Source of the DNA: Octopus sinensis
Taxonomy: Eukaryota
Assembly (NCBI RefSeq): GCF_006345805.1
Contig: NC_042997.1
Span: forward strand, 111,662,001-111,726,000
DNA length: 64,000 nucleotides
Reading direction: 5' to 3'
Shown: one piece after another, positions 52,190-64,000 of the stretch
Position numbering within the stretch: the first letter of the stretch is position 1
How the letters are laid out: every line of letters begins with the position of its first letter
Position numbers and translations under genes: made by a program
The notes under the pieces: model-generated
Told to the model about the DNA's origin: nothing
The model's input: the letters and a program-made list of their open reading frames with translations, nothing else
The model's database searches: none

Positions 52190-52680
52190 TTCTCCCCCTC
52201 TCTACTATCTTTATGATTTTCTTTTTCTCGCTCTTTCTTTACTTTTTCTCTATCTATTTCGACAATTCCCACTCTCTGCTTCACTGTTAGCTTTTCTCCC
52301 TTTCCCTCTTCCTCTATCCCTCTGTTTCTCCCTCTTATTCTTTTTCTCTCCTCTTTCCTTAATTTCTCTCTATCTATTTCGACAATTCCCACTCTCTGCT
52401 TCACTATTCACTTTCTCATTTTCCCTCTTCCTCTATCCCTCTTATTCTTTTTCTCTCTATCTACTTCGACAATTCCCACTCTCTGCTTCACTATTCGCTT
52501 TTCTCCCTTTCCCTCTTCCTTTATCCCTCTGTTTCTCCCTCTTATTCTTTTATTCACTCTTTCTTTACTTTCTCTCTATCTATTTCGACAATTCCCACTC
52601 TCTGCTTCACTATTCACTTTCTCCCTTTCTCTAACCCTCTGTTTTTCCCTCTTATTCTTTTCCTCTCCTCTTTCCTGCTG
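52190..52680. repeat. Pyrimidine-rich minisatellite, 4 units with conserved core TATCTATTTCGACAATTCCCACTCTCTGCTTCACT
   Basis: Cores start at 52251, 52371, 52458 and 52577. Confidence 0.9.
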
Positions 52681-54694
52681 ACATCTCTCTCTTTCTCTTC
52701 CCCTTTCTTCTCTCGTTGTTTTATTATATTATCTCTCCCTCTCTCCTCCCTTTTCTCTCACAGTATATTTTCCCTCCTTTCTCTGTCACATTATTATTCC
52801 CCACGTCATCTCTCCTCTTTGTCTCACTCTATCTCTCTCTCCACTCGTTTTCATTATTTCACACTATCTCTCTCTTTCTTCCCCCGTTGTTCTATCACAT
52901 TATCTATTATACTCTCCCTCTCTTTACTTCCTTATTTCAGCATATCATCTCACTTTCTCTTCCCTCTCTACCTCTCTTTCCTCCTCACTCTCTGCCCTTC
53001 ATTCTTCTCGACACAACTCCGCCAAGTTTTCAAGTCAGCCACTGGCTGGTCTCGAGGCGATGACACATCGAATTAACAATAGATTAAGAGAAACACTTGT
53101 ATAGTTTTCTATTCTATATATTCCCGAACATTATTAATAAAGCAGTGACATCTTATTGTTCGATCCATTATGGGAAAAGAAAACAAATCCAGTTCGATTA
53201 TTTCCTCATAGAATTGATATTTCTAATGAATGAACTTGCCAATCTATTCAGTTTTAAACTTCAAACTTTTTCGGCCTCTTCCGTTTACTCAAGGAATGTT
53301 TGACTATCAAACTTGTGTAGTGATCCTGTTCGGTTAAAACGACTTTATTTGGAAACAAATTTATCGTTTTTATTGTCACACTAACTTATTCCGTAAGAAC
53401 TACGAACAAACAAATCTTATATAAGTCTTGGAGAATTCTTCGAGAAATGATTACAGAATTCTCTTTAAATAACAACTAATTAAATGTTGTGCATGATAAC
53501 GAATAACCGAACTTTTCAAAAGTGGACTTCGGTACGAAGAATATGATAATTGACCCTAATAAGAAGACTGGTAAAAACGGAAACTAATAACGTGGGAAGA
53601 AAAAAAAAACATTAAACCAGATCAAGTTGTTTCATTTATTCCATCAGGACAGACTTCTGAACTACTTTTCTTGTTTTAGATATCTTTCCAGCCTTCATCT
53701 CGTGTATTGTTAACATTCGGGGAGTTGTTTGCGACGGCTAAAAGTTATCCTATGAATTCTAATACATATATAAAAATATAGAATGTGTGAAACATAATAA
53801 TGTCCCATATTATTTCGTGCTCGATTGTGTCATGAAAGTGAATGCCATATCAGTTAAGATACCACACCTAGGAATTAGTCAAAACGACTGCATATATATA
53901 TATATATATATATATATGACATGACAAATACAACGATCCACTTTTAAGAGTCTTCTCTTTATGTTCAACTACAGGCACGGACAACCTTTTTTGAGAAGTG
54001 GACCGCATTAGACATGGCTTATTTACAAGCAGGCCACATTACTAAAAAAAATTCAAGGTAATTTTTTATTAGACGAGCCAGTCACAAACTCCTGCAGGCA
54101 ACATGTTATCCGTGACTACTCAACCATGAGTATTTTGATAATTTCTCCCTTTTTTCAATTAACATGATTGTGCTAACATTTCTTATAAATCATAATAAAA
54201 AATATTACACATAATTTCTCAGTAACGACTGTTGCTATAGACAAATATATATTTTGTCATTTTTAAAGAAATCATTGCTTTCACCTGTTGACTTTGAAGA
54301 TCAGATCAACTTCAATTTGCAGTGTGTTATTGTGTCTAAAAGTTTCAATCAACTGAACTTATTGGAATTATCTCCCTTCTTTTCTTCAACAACTGTCAGC
54401 CAATTATTTCAATAATCACAATCAACATTTTCCACATCACTCTATTATTATATACTCTTAAGTTATATTAATATATGAGACTGTCATATTTTACTATCTT
54501 AGGCTCTTCAACAGATAAAATTCTTGCCATCAGAAAATAATCGCATGCTATCTTGCACCTATGAGTGGGCCTCAACATGGCTGTTCTCCTTACTAGAAAT
54601 AGCAGCTAAATTTCCCTCAAACATCACAATCCACTTCTTTTTAAATCAACTGGAAATATTAGATATTGTGGATCAGAGTGCAACTCTTTACTCT

Positions 54695-55100
54695 CTTTTA
54701 CTTGTTTCAGTCATGTGACTGTGGCCATGCTGGAGCACTGCCTCTAGTCAAGCAAATTGACCCCAGGACTTATTCTTTGTAAGCCAAGTACTTATTCTAT
54801 CAGTCTCTTTTGCCGAACTGCTAAGTTACGGGGACATAAGTACACCAGCATCGGTTGTCAAGCAATGTTGGGGGGAACAAACACAGACACACAAACATAT
54901 ACACACACATACATATATGTATATATACATATACACGACAGGCTTCTTTCAGGTTCTGTCTACCAAATCCACTCACAAGGTTTTGGTCGGCCTGAGGCTA
55001 TAGTAGAAGACACTTGCCCAAGGTGCCACGTAGTGGGACTGAACCTGGAACCATGTGGTTCATAAGCAAGCTACTTACCACACAGCCACTCCTACACCTA
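54695..55100 (-). mobile_element. Full-length family B tRNA SINE
   Basis: Complete reverse copy with many CpGs retained. Confidence 0.9.
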
Positions 55101-55592
55101 TGCAACCTGAAAAAAAAAAAAAAAAGGTGAGATGATCATGGTTGGACTGTCTTTTATCATAAGTTCACTCAGTCAGGACTGACATAGAGGTCCAAAAAGG
55201 TTACAACATCAAGAATTATCCTAGATTTAATTGTTTCAAGATTCAAGATATGATCTTACTGCAGAGCAATGCTTATTGTAACCTTCGTGTGTCCACAGCC
55301 TTTAACAAACAGTTCCAGGTGTATTTGACAGTTAAAGACAAACTGAAAAATTTTTTGTAAGTTTTACAACAACAAAAAACTACGGAAGTGGAAGCAATCA
55401 CATCAACTGTCCTTGTAAACGTGAATGCAGATTATTATCAGCTTGTTTTCTCTCTTATTTACTGGACCATGAAAAAAACTCTTTAAAATAGGAAGAGAAA
55501 CCTGTTATGGCATTGAGTGTGACAAAGTAAGCACAATAGATAACTGTTTAAATCCACACAATGAAATTTTATAATTCATGTCACCATTACAG

Positions 55593-55631
55593 CTTATCAC
55601 TCATGTATATCTCAATGCTTGGATTCCTCAG
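55593..55631 (+). CDS. Candidate 39-nt exon (LITHVYLNAWIPQ, phase 0)
   Basis: Acceptor CACCATTACAG|, donor CAG|GTACGT and an open frame. Confidence 0.35.
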
Positions 55632-56533
55632 GTACGTACTTGAGGGAGGTGGGGGAGCTGTTGAAACGAAGGGACAAGGTCGTTATAATTTAGCAGGTAG
55701 AAATAACAAAAACTGTTACATTGGTTTCAAATTTTGAAACAAGGCCAGCAAGTTTAGCGGAAGGGGGAAGTTAATTACATCGACCCCCCCCTCCTTCCCC
55801 GGGGTTCAACTGGTACTTATTTTATTGACCCCACAAAAGGATGAAAAGTAAAGTCAACCACAGCAGAATTTGAATGTAGACCATAAAGACAGATGAGAAG
55901 CTGCTAAGCATTTTTTCTTTCTGGTGCGGTAACAAATCTGCCATCCCACCACCTTAATAATAATAATAATACTCTATATGAGCGTGATCGTTACCTGCAT
56001 CGCCTTACTAGCACTTGTGCTGGGGGCATGTGAAAAAACATTCGAGCGAGGTCGTTGCCAGTACCACCTAACTAGCCCTCGTGCTGGTGGCACGTAAAAG
56101 CACCTACTACACTCTCAGAGTGGTTGGCATTAGGAAGGGCATCCAGCTATAGAGAGTCTGCCAGATCAGATTGGAGTCTAGTTCGCCAGACCTCAGTCAA
56201 ATCGTCCAACCTATGCTAGCATGGAAAGCAGACATTAAACGATGATGATGAATACCACAGATTTGCTGGTCAGTTGTTTGACCATAACCACTTGGTGGCT
56301 GATGATATGTGCATCTCTGATCATGAGCAGAAGTAGTTGGAGAGCATTATAGCCATGTGTTGAAAGGAATTCTTTAGGATTTGGATAATTCACCTCTGGA
56401 AACGGGTGTTTTGTTCATTGTCCTTAAACAACCCTTATTCAGGTACCTTTTGAGTGGGATGGGCTACTCAACCTGAAGAAAATTCTAACTGGGCCCCACC
56501 TTCCAGGTCATGCACTGTTTAAGTTGATATTTC

Positions 56534-56700
56534 GACACAGATTGTGTCGTATAGCCAGCTGGAGACGATGTCACCTGAGGCTAAATTACAGTAACATTAG
56601 TCCTAAACCAGGACTGCCATGTTATATTGGCAAACAATCTTTACTACGAAGTACTGTTGCTGAATATTTCTTGTTGTGAGATTTAAAAATAGTAATTTTC
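56534..56700. mobile_element. Fragment of the repeat family that forms the 58271-58649 palindrome (another fragment at ~47125-47260)
   Basis: Shared GGAGACGATGTC.CCTG.GGCTAAATTACAG..GTCCTAAACCAGGA sequence. Confidence 0.75.
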
Positions 56701-57590
56701 TAAGTTATTTTGTATTAAACATAACTAGTCTGGGAACTGTAATTATCTTGCTTGGAAACAGGTGAGAATTGGCAGCAGAAAAATGCCTTTCTGTGCATTT
56801 TATGCAGAATTTTCTGTTTCTATCAAATTTAATGTTTTTAGGTCCTAATTCGATCCAGTTTTGAGAATCAAGCAGTATATTTTTATTTTCCCTCCAGATT
56901 TTAAAATTCAAATTTTTTTCTCATATCTCTAAAGTCAACAATCAAACACCAGTAATTCATTAGGGAGGAGATGGAGTAGAGAACTTGAGTCAATTGACTT
57001 ATTCACTAATCTTTTGAAAACTGATCTTGTACCGAGTCAGGAGAAAGAAATATTAAATGGCTTCAACAGAAGAAAATTACCATTTCTCCCCCACCCCCAC
57101 TCCCCGCTCTTTTGCTTCTCTTCTGTTTTTAGAAAGAACTCGAAAGACACCAATGCAAGAAGGCAGAATTATTCTTGATCCTGTTTAAATTATCTGTGAT
57201 TGGTGGAATATCTTTTTAATATTGAGGATTAATAAAAAAAAATAAATAAATAAAATAAATAAATAAAATAAATAAAAAATTTCCTCAAAATCCTGATAAA
57301 ACTTTTTTAAATCGCATTGATTTGCTATTGGACATTGACAATGGCCTGAGGAAGATATCAGTAATAAATATGACCTTGAATGTATAATGCTGACGAAATT
57401 CATTAAAACAACAACAACAACAATCATCAAAATGAAATATTAGAGAAACATGTTTATTTTGTAGATTTCAAAAGAAAATAACAACCTTAGACTTTTCATT
57501 TAAAATCTGTGTTTTTTCTATGAATACTATAATAATAATAACAACAACAACAATAATAATAATAATAATAGTAATAATAATAATAATAAT

Positions 57591-58067
57591 TTTGTCTTGG
57601 TGTAAAAGATGGGCTACAGCAAATATTCTGCTCAATACCACAGATTTGCTTGTCAGTTGTTTGATCTTAACCAGTTGAGCATGTCCCTTAGTGGCTGACG
57701 ATATGTGCATCTCTGATCACAAGCAGAAGTAGTGGGGGAGCATCATAGCCATGTGTTGAGAGGGATTCTTTGGGGTTTGAATAATTCACCTTTGGAAACA
57801 TGGGTGTTTCATTCAACATCCTTAAACAACCCTTATTCAGGGACCTTTTGAGCGGGATGGGTTACTCGACCAGAAGAAAATTCTAGCTGGGCTCCATCTG
57901 CAGGGTCATGCGCTGTTTATCTTGATATGAGATCACCATGTCGTGCACATATGGTTGTGATGCATGTACCTGGCGTACCCTTATCATACGGGTAGTCATG
58001 ATGGGTATACTGGGCTTCGTATATTTTACCCCAGTATCACTTTGATGGCATGTGCAACTCTTTCACT
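57591..58067 (-). mobile_element. Long copy of family D embedded in (AAT)n
   Basis: (AAT)n on both sides; homologous to 16880-17100, 56255-56520 and 58765-58870. Confidence 0.8.
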
Positions 58068-58270
58068 TAATAATAATAATAATAGTAGTAGTAGTAGTAG
58101 TAGTAGTAGTAATAATAATAATGGTTTCAAATTTTGGTACAAAAGTTCTGGAGAGAGGATAAGTAGTTAAATTGACCCCAGTGCAAAGGTGATACTTATT
58201 TTATCCTGAGAGGGTAAAAGGCAAAGTAAAATGCAGTGGATTTGAACTCAATATGTGAAGATAGTTGAAA

Positions 58271-58649
58271 TACTGTAGTAAAGATTGTTTGCCAACATAA
58301 CATGGTAGTCCTGGTTTAGGACGAATGTTGCTGTAATTTAGCCCCAGGAGACATTGTCTCCAGCTGGCACGATCTGTCCTAATACTTTCAAACAAGGGAA
58401 TTTAGCACCCCCACTCAGCTCAAAACAATATCTGTGTATTGCGATTCCTGTGTTATTTCCCTTCATCAGCACAGAATAATTGTTTTGAGCTGAGTGGGGG
58501 TGCTAGATTCCCTTGTTTGAAAGTATAAAGACACAGATCATGTCGTATAGCCAGCTGGAGATGATGTCTCCTGGGGCTAAATTACAGCAATACTTGTCCT
58601 AAACCAGGACTGTCATGTTATGTTGGCAAACAATCTTTACTACAAAGTA
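58271..58649. mobile_element. Long inverted repeat centred on a degenerate hammerhead motif
   Basis: Arms ~58271-58436 and 58470-58649; the 33-nt spacer reads CTGATGA-AGGG...GGAATCGCAATA on the minus strand. Confidence 0.65.
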
Positions 58650-58994
58650 CTGTTGCCGAATATCTCTCATGAGATTTAAAAAATAGTAATTTTCTAGATG
58701 AAATGCTGTTGAGAATTTTTACCAGTGTGTTCATGACTCTGCCAGCTTGCCACCTTAATAATAATTATAATTATACAGTTGAGCATGTCCCTTAGTGGCT
58801 GACGATATGTGCATCTCTGATCACAAGCAGAAACAGTGGAGGAACATCATGGCCATGTGTTGAGAGGAATTTTGGGGAGTTTGGATATATATTTATGTAT
58901 ACATATTCATATCCATATATATATATATATATATATACATGTATACATATTTATATCCATATAGATGTATGTATATATCTTATACATACTTATA

Positions 58995-59540
58995 TCCATG
59001 TGATTGTGAAGACCCAGCAACTAAAGTGAGATTGCAGCCATGGGCTGATGCCAGTGTTGCATGTCCAGCCCATTTAAGAGTACCCTTGTTGTGTCAGGTG
59101 ATATGATATGCTTGAGAAGACCAGTTGGGTCAAGTAAAACCAAAATCATAGCTGTGAAATGGATCATTCAAACGTGGTCGATACCAGTGTTCCCTGACTG
59201 GCTTCCATACCTGTGGCACGTAAAAAACACCATCTGAACATGGCCGATGCCAGTACCTCCTGACTGGCTTTTGTGCCTGTACCACGTAAAATGTACCATC
59301 CAAATGTAGTCAATGGCAGAGCTGCCTGACTGGCTCCTGTGCCGGTGGCACATAGAAAGTATCCACTACACTCTTGGAGTGGTTGGTGTTAGGAAGGGCA
59401 TCCAGCTGTAGAAACTCTGCCAGATCAGACGGGAGGCTGGTGCAGCCGCTGGCTCTCCAGACCTCAGTCAAACTGTCCAACCCATGCTAGCATGGAAAAC
59501 GGACATTAAACTATGATAATGATGAAGATGATGATGATGA
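58995..59540 (+). mobile_element. RTE LINE 3' UTR fragment with tandem units
   Basis: Similar to 27170-27595; three internal units and a (GAT)n tail. Confidence 0.75.
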
Positions 59541-59616
59541 ACATCAAGTTGGACGAAATTCCACTAAGCCTTCTGCCCAGCGTGCTAATGATTCTGCCAG
59601 CTCACCACCTTAATAT

Positions 59617-59694
<78 letters not shown>

Positions 59695-59762
59695 GTAGTA
59701 GTAGTAGTGGTGGTGGTGGTTGGTGATGATAACAATAATAACAACAACAATAATAATAATAA
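59617..59762. repeat. (AAT)n/(TAG)n/(TGG)n compound microsatellite
   Basis: Direct reading. Confidence 0.95.
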
Positions 59763-60239
59763 TAAATACTACCTTGAATCTAGAATGCTGATGAGATTCA
59801 TTCAAAACAGAACAACAACAATAATAATAATGATTATCAATGTGAAATATTCGCACAACAAGTTTATTTTGAAGATTTCAAAAGAACTACCATAGACTTT
59901 TCATTTAAAGTCTGTGTTCTCCATGAATGCTAGAATAATAATAACCAAAGATGTTGCCATAGCAACCTCCCAGATATGTGATAACATTACATGATAAAAT
60001 GTGTGTGTGTAGGGGTGGGGGCAAGGAGTGAAGATGTCCAAATGGCTGTGATTTTCTGTGTTCTCAGCAGGAAGCTAATGAGTTCCAATCTACAAATTGT
60101 TGTTGTTGTTGTTTAGCCCATGGTCAGTTCTCACCGAGCAGACCTTTTATCGCAGGCATTCCAAGCATGACCATACCTTATTATTCCATTTGAAACTATT
60201 TTATTCCTGGGACCACATTATCCACGAAGACGGTAGGGT

Positions 60240-60850
60240 GGCTTTAAGGGAGTCATTGTCATCGTCGTCCTCCTCCTCCCCCTCATCATCATCATCATAA
60301 TCATCGTCATTGTCATCATCATCATCATCATCATAATCATCATCATCGTCATCATCATCACCAGCGTCATCATCACCATCGTCATCATCATCATCATCGT
60401 CATCATCACCATCATCATCATCGTCATCGTTTAATGTCTTTTTCGAATGCTGGCATGGGTTAGGCGGTTCAACAGGAGCTGCCCAGCCAGGAAGCTGTTC
60501 AGACTCCAATTGTCTGTTGTGACATGGTTTCTACAGCTGGATGCCCTTCTTAACACCAACCACTTTACAGCCGGAGCTGGGTGCCCTTTTGCATGCCACC
60601 GGCACAGGTGTATTTACATAGCATCAGCACGGGTGCATTTTAGGTGACAGGACGACAGGGATTTTATTTGGCTTGACACATCTTATCAAGTATAGCAAAT
60701 CACCACATCCCCTGGTCCCTTGTCATTTCCTCAGTGAGCCCAGCATTCCGAAGATCCTTTCTCACCACTTTGTCCCACACCTTCCTGGGGCTACCCCTGC
60801 CACAGGTTCCCTCCACAATTAGAACTCAGCACTTCTATACGCAGCTGTCC
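60240..60850 (-). mobile_element. RTE LINE 3' end with a long (GAT/GAC)n tail
   Basis: IVEGTCGRGSPRKVWDKVVRKDLRNAGLTEEMTRDQGMW*FAILDK, then family A core and tail. Confidence 0.85.
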
Positions 60851-61004
60851 TAGATTGAGTGATTGCATAGAGTCTCCCTTGTCAACTGCTTAAATGCAAG
60901 AAAAATACTCAAAGATTGAAATTTTCACAAGATAACGGAATACAAAGTAAATGAGGGAGAACGGTTCAAACTCTGGAGCTTCCTAATTACGGTTATCTTC
61001 TTAT

Positions 61005-61780
61005 CTTTTACTTTTTACTTATTTCAGTCATTAGACTACGTCCATGCTGGGGCACCACCTTAAAGGAGTTTTAGTGAAATGAATTGACCCCAGGTCTTGT
61101 TTTTTTTAAGCCTTGTACTTCTTTTTTTAGACACTTATGGCAAACTACCAAGTTATGGGGATGTAAACACACAAACACTGGTTGTCAAGCAGTGATGGAA
61201 TTCAAAGAGACACAAAGACACACATACAAACACATACACTCACTCGCTCTTACATACGTGTGCACACACACACATACACATACAGACATACTCACATCAC
61301 ACATGCATATGCATACACACACATGTACTCGCATGTGCATGCACACACACACACTGGCTCAGGAATGAAATTTTCAAAGGTGGGTGAAAACCCCAGGTCC
61401 AAAAATTTTTACAAACAAGTTCCTGTTTTTGTTTTTTTGATCTTTGTGAAGAAACCTAACTTCGAACTTCCTGTTACAGATCACTTTTTATTTATCATTT
61501 TCTAAACCTGAGAAAGATAAGTAGGGGTGCAAATATCAATTTTGCACCCCACAAAAATTTGAAGGGGGATGCTTGCACCCCCCTTCACCCCAATTCCTTG
61601 TACATGCCCACCATGCATGTACACGGTGGGCTTCTTTCAGTTTCCATCTACCAAATCCACTCACAAGACTTTGGTTGACCTAGGGCTATCGTAGAAGACA
61701 CTTGCCCAAGGTACCACACAGTGGGACTGAATCTGTAGCCATGTGGTTGGGAAGCAAGCTTCTTAACACACAGTCCTGCC
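61005..61780 (-). mobile_element. Family B SINE with a ~260-bp insert in its (CA)n tract
   Basis: 3' end at 61005-61200, (CA)n, unrelated insert ~61345-61610 and head at 61620-61780. Confidence 0.65.
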
Positions 61781-63065
61781 TTCCATACTATGATGGGATG
61801 GGTTGGACAGTGCAACAGGATCTGATGAGCCAGAAGGCTGCATCAAGCTCCAAGTGTCTGTTTTGGCCTGGTTTCCATGGTTGGATGCCCTTCCTAATGC
61901 CAACCACTTTACAGAGTGCACTAAGAGCTTTTTATGTGGCACCAGCACAAGTTAGGTTACTGAGTCATTTGCAAGACAAGACCTTTTTGATTGAGGTGAG
62001 CGTATTATTGACAGCAGTAGCTTTATGTCAGGTGATAAAAGGTTTTATGGCAGGTGTTTAGCTCAATAAAGATGCAGGAGACTGAGGAAATAAGTAGTAG
62101 AGTTGAATCATGTGTCTTGCATTCTTCGAGGTGGTGCTCCAGCATGGCCACAATCAAATGACTGAAACAAGTAAAAGATTGAATGATGATGATGGTGTTG
62201 GTGGCGGTGGTTGTGATCATCATCATCATCATCATCATCCATGGTTTTAAATCTGAGTTTTGACCCCATTAATGAGGGTGACTGGATCTACCACAATGCC
62301 ATAGCAACTGAGGCAGACAGGTGCAGCATATCCTGAAATTTGGGCTAGCTGGGGCCTGTCTTTCCTTGCTATCATGAGGTTTTTTTAGAACTAGATATTC
62401 TACAGGGAGCATGCCCTTGCTTACCTCCAGCCTCAGTTTCTAGACATGAGTGGTCCTAAGACCAAGCTTCTACTTCGATTTTTAAGAAATGTAGTGGAAA
62501 ACTAGCTCAGGAAGGCAGAGACACAACCCCCTGAGGTCCCTTTCAGAGCCCTCTATTTGTGATGTTTTCAATAAAGAAGAAAGAATATGTTTCTTTATGG
62601 ATGGTAGACAAAGATCATGAGAAAATAGCAAAATACCAGAAGCCGAGGAACAAACTTCCAAGAATTTGGAACTGCCATAAAGTTATCTTTGACCTAATTT
62701 TAACAGGAATTTTTAGGAACGGTTGCCAGAAGTCTGAATGGTTGGTTGAGGGTGTCAGATATCGAGAAAAATGTCCTGACTCTGCAAAAAGCCTGTTTAT
62801 TTTGCACAGTTTGGATTATAAGAAAGGCGCTAGATACCCGAGGTTGCAGGATGCAAGTTGTTGCAATTTTGAGAGGAAGGGATTCACCATTACTATTGAC
62901 TCCAGTATTTGACTGGTAGCTGTCTTTATCGATCCCTAGAGGGATGAAAGGCAAAGTTTACCTGGGTGGAATTTGAACTCAGAACACAATGAGTCAGAGG
63001 AAATGCTGCTGAGCATTTTCTCCAATGCATTAATGGTTCTGTCAACTTCACTACCTTAATAAAGA

Positions 63066-63560
63066 TCATCGTCATCATCATCATCATCATCATTTAATGT
63101 CTGCTTTCCATGCTGCCAAGAGTTGGACGGTTTGACTGGGGACTGGCAAGCCAGGAGGCCACACCAGGCTCCAGTCTGATCCAGCAAAGTTTCAACAGCT
63201 GGATGCCATTCCTAATGCCAACCACTACAAGAGTGTAGTGGGTGCTTTTTATGTGCCACCAGCATGGGAGCCAGTCAGGCAGCACTGGCATCAGCCATGT
63301 TCGGATGGTGCTTTTTATGTGTCACTGACATGGGAGCCAGTCAGGCGGTACTGGCATCGGCCATGTTCAGATGGTACTTTTTACATGCCACTGGTACAGG
63401 GAGCCAGCTGGGGTTGGCATCGACCACATTCAGATGATGCTTTTTACATGCCACCGGGGAGCACTGACAACGACCCACTCACAAATGGTATTTATTGTGT
63501 GCCACCAGCACGGGAGCCAATCAGGTGGCCCTGGCATTGGCCATAACTACAATTTTCTTT
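63066..63560 (-). mobile_element. Family A element with about five internal tandem units
   Basis: (CAT)n tail, core and repeated GATGGTGCTTTTTA.GTGCCAC units. Confidence 0.8.
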
Positions 63561-64000
63561 TGAGACAACAACATCAATATTTTCATGGGTGAGTCAAAGA
63601 AAGAAGAGATGCACTGGTGACTTCTCAAAGGACCCTGAGACTAGTGGAGCGGGAGGGGACAGGAAGAAACGACAACCCATGGCTTATTACAGTAAGAAAC
63701 ACCTCAGAAAGATATTGAGTTATTTCCCCTTACATTATGCATCTGGTCTGCTTATCAACAGAGTAAACTGTACCAAAGGCGCCCCATCCCCGACCATCAC
63801 TTCAAAAGGCCATATGGAGATGTTAAACTGGGTCAAAGAATACATCTACCCTTCCAGGAACAGATAAGATTATCTGATAGATAACCTGACACTTTCTGTC
63901 TGTTGTGTCTCTCTTATGATATTTGGGTTGACTCAATATGATGGTAGAAAATTCCCTGCAGCAAGATTGAACTTGAGACCTCATGGTCACCATTTAATGG

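Larger units (their letters stand above)
47050..54100. promoter_or_regulatory. CpG-retaining (probably unmethylated) promoter / 5' region
   Basis: CpG is visibly frequent here compared with the flanks, and repeat copies inside keep CpGs that are often TG/CA elsewhere. Not quantified. Confidence 0.5.

Noticed and set aside
57930-58060. HDV-like ribozyme at the 5' end of family D
   Set aside because: P2-like (CATCATG/CATGGTG) and P4-like pairings can be drawn, but I could not build canonical P1, P3/L3 and J4/2.
60201-60509. Poly-Asp ORF
   Set aside because: It is the expanded (GAT/GAC)n tail of an RTE LINE.
61818-61845. CTGATGA-GCC-AGAA-GGC hammerhead-like start
   Set aside because: There is no GAAA after the hairpin, and it is a point variant within a family A tail. 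CTGATGA at 13249 and 24047 also lack the rest of the motif.
63589-63867. 92-aa ORF near the window end
   Set aside because: There is no recognisable motif or splice support. It may be a LINE ORF1 relic, but this is unsupported.

Overview
This is AT-rich, repeat-dense eukaryotic DNA, most likely from an octopus, judged from tRNA-derived and CORE-type SINEs resembling the octopus OK/OR families, RTE LINE tails and long (TA)n/(AAT)n/(CAT)n microsatellites. There is no intact long ORF and no gene I can name. Most ORF-track entries are microsatellite or SINE artefacts. The window is mostly intron or intergenic DNA filled with SINEs, RTE LINE 3' ends, MITEs and transposase relics (Sola2-like, mariner-like). 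A CpG-retaining interval at about 47-54 kb contains plausible minus-strand 5' exons, including a Kozak ATG exon encoding MVIELS. A few short candidate exons lie elsewhere. The most striking unexplained signal is a set of hammerhead-ribozyme-bearing fold-back elements of Penelope-like type. (1) A tRNA-headed SINE-like element with a hammerhead tail, an inverted copy of that tail and a 12-bp target duplication (7178-7509), with a second copy at 44929-45537. (2) A ~285-bp near-perfect palindrome carrying two outward-facing minimal hammerheads with a compensated G3-C8 core (41258-41542). (3) A ~380-bp palindrome whose centre is a degenerate hammerhead (58271-58649). Two further degenerate hammerhead-like motifs are weaker candidates. 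All structures were read by eye and no searches were run. I cannot tell whether these families are already described. SINE coordinates are approximate and the SINE list is representative, not exhaustive.
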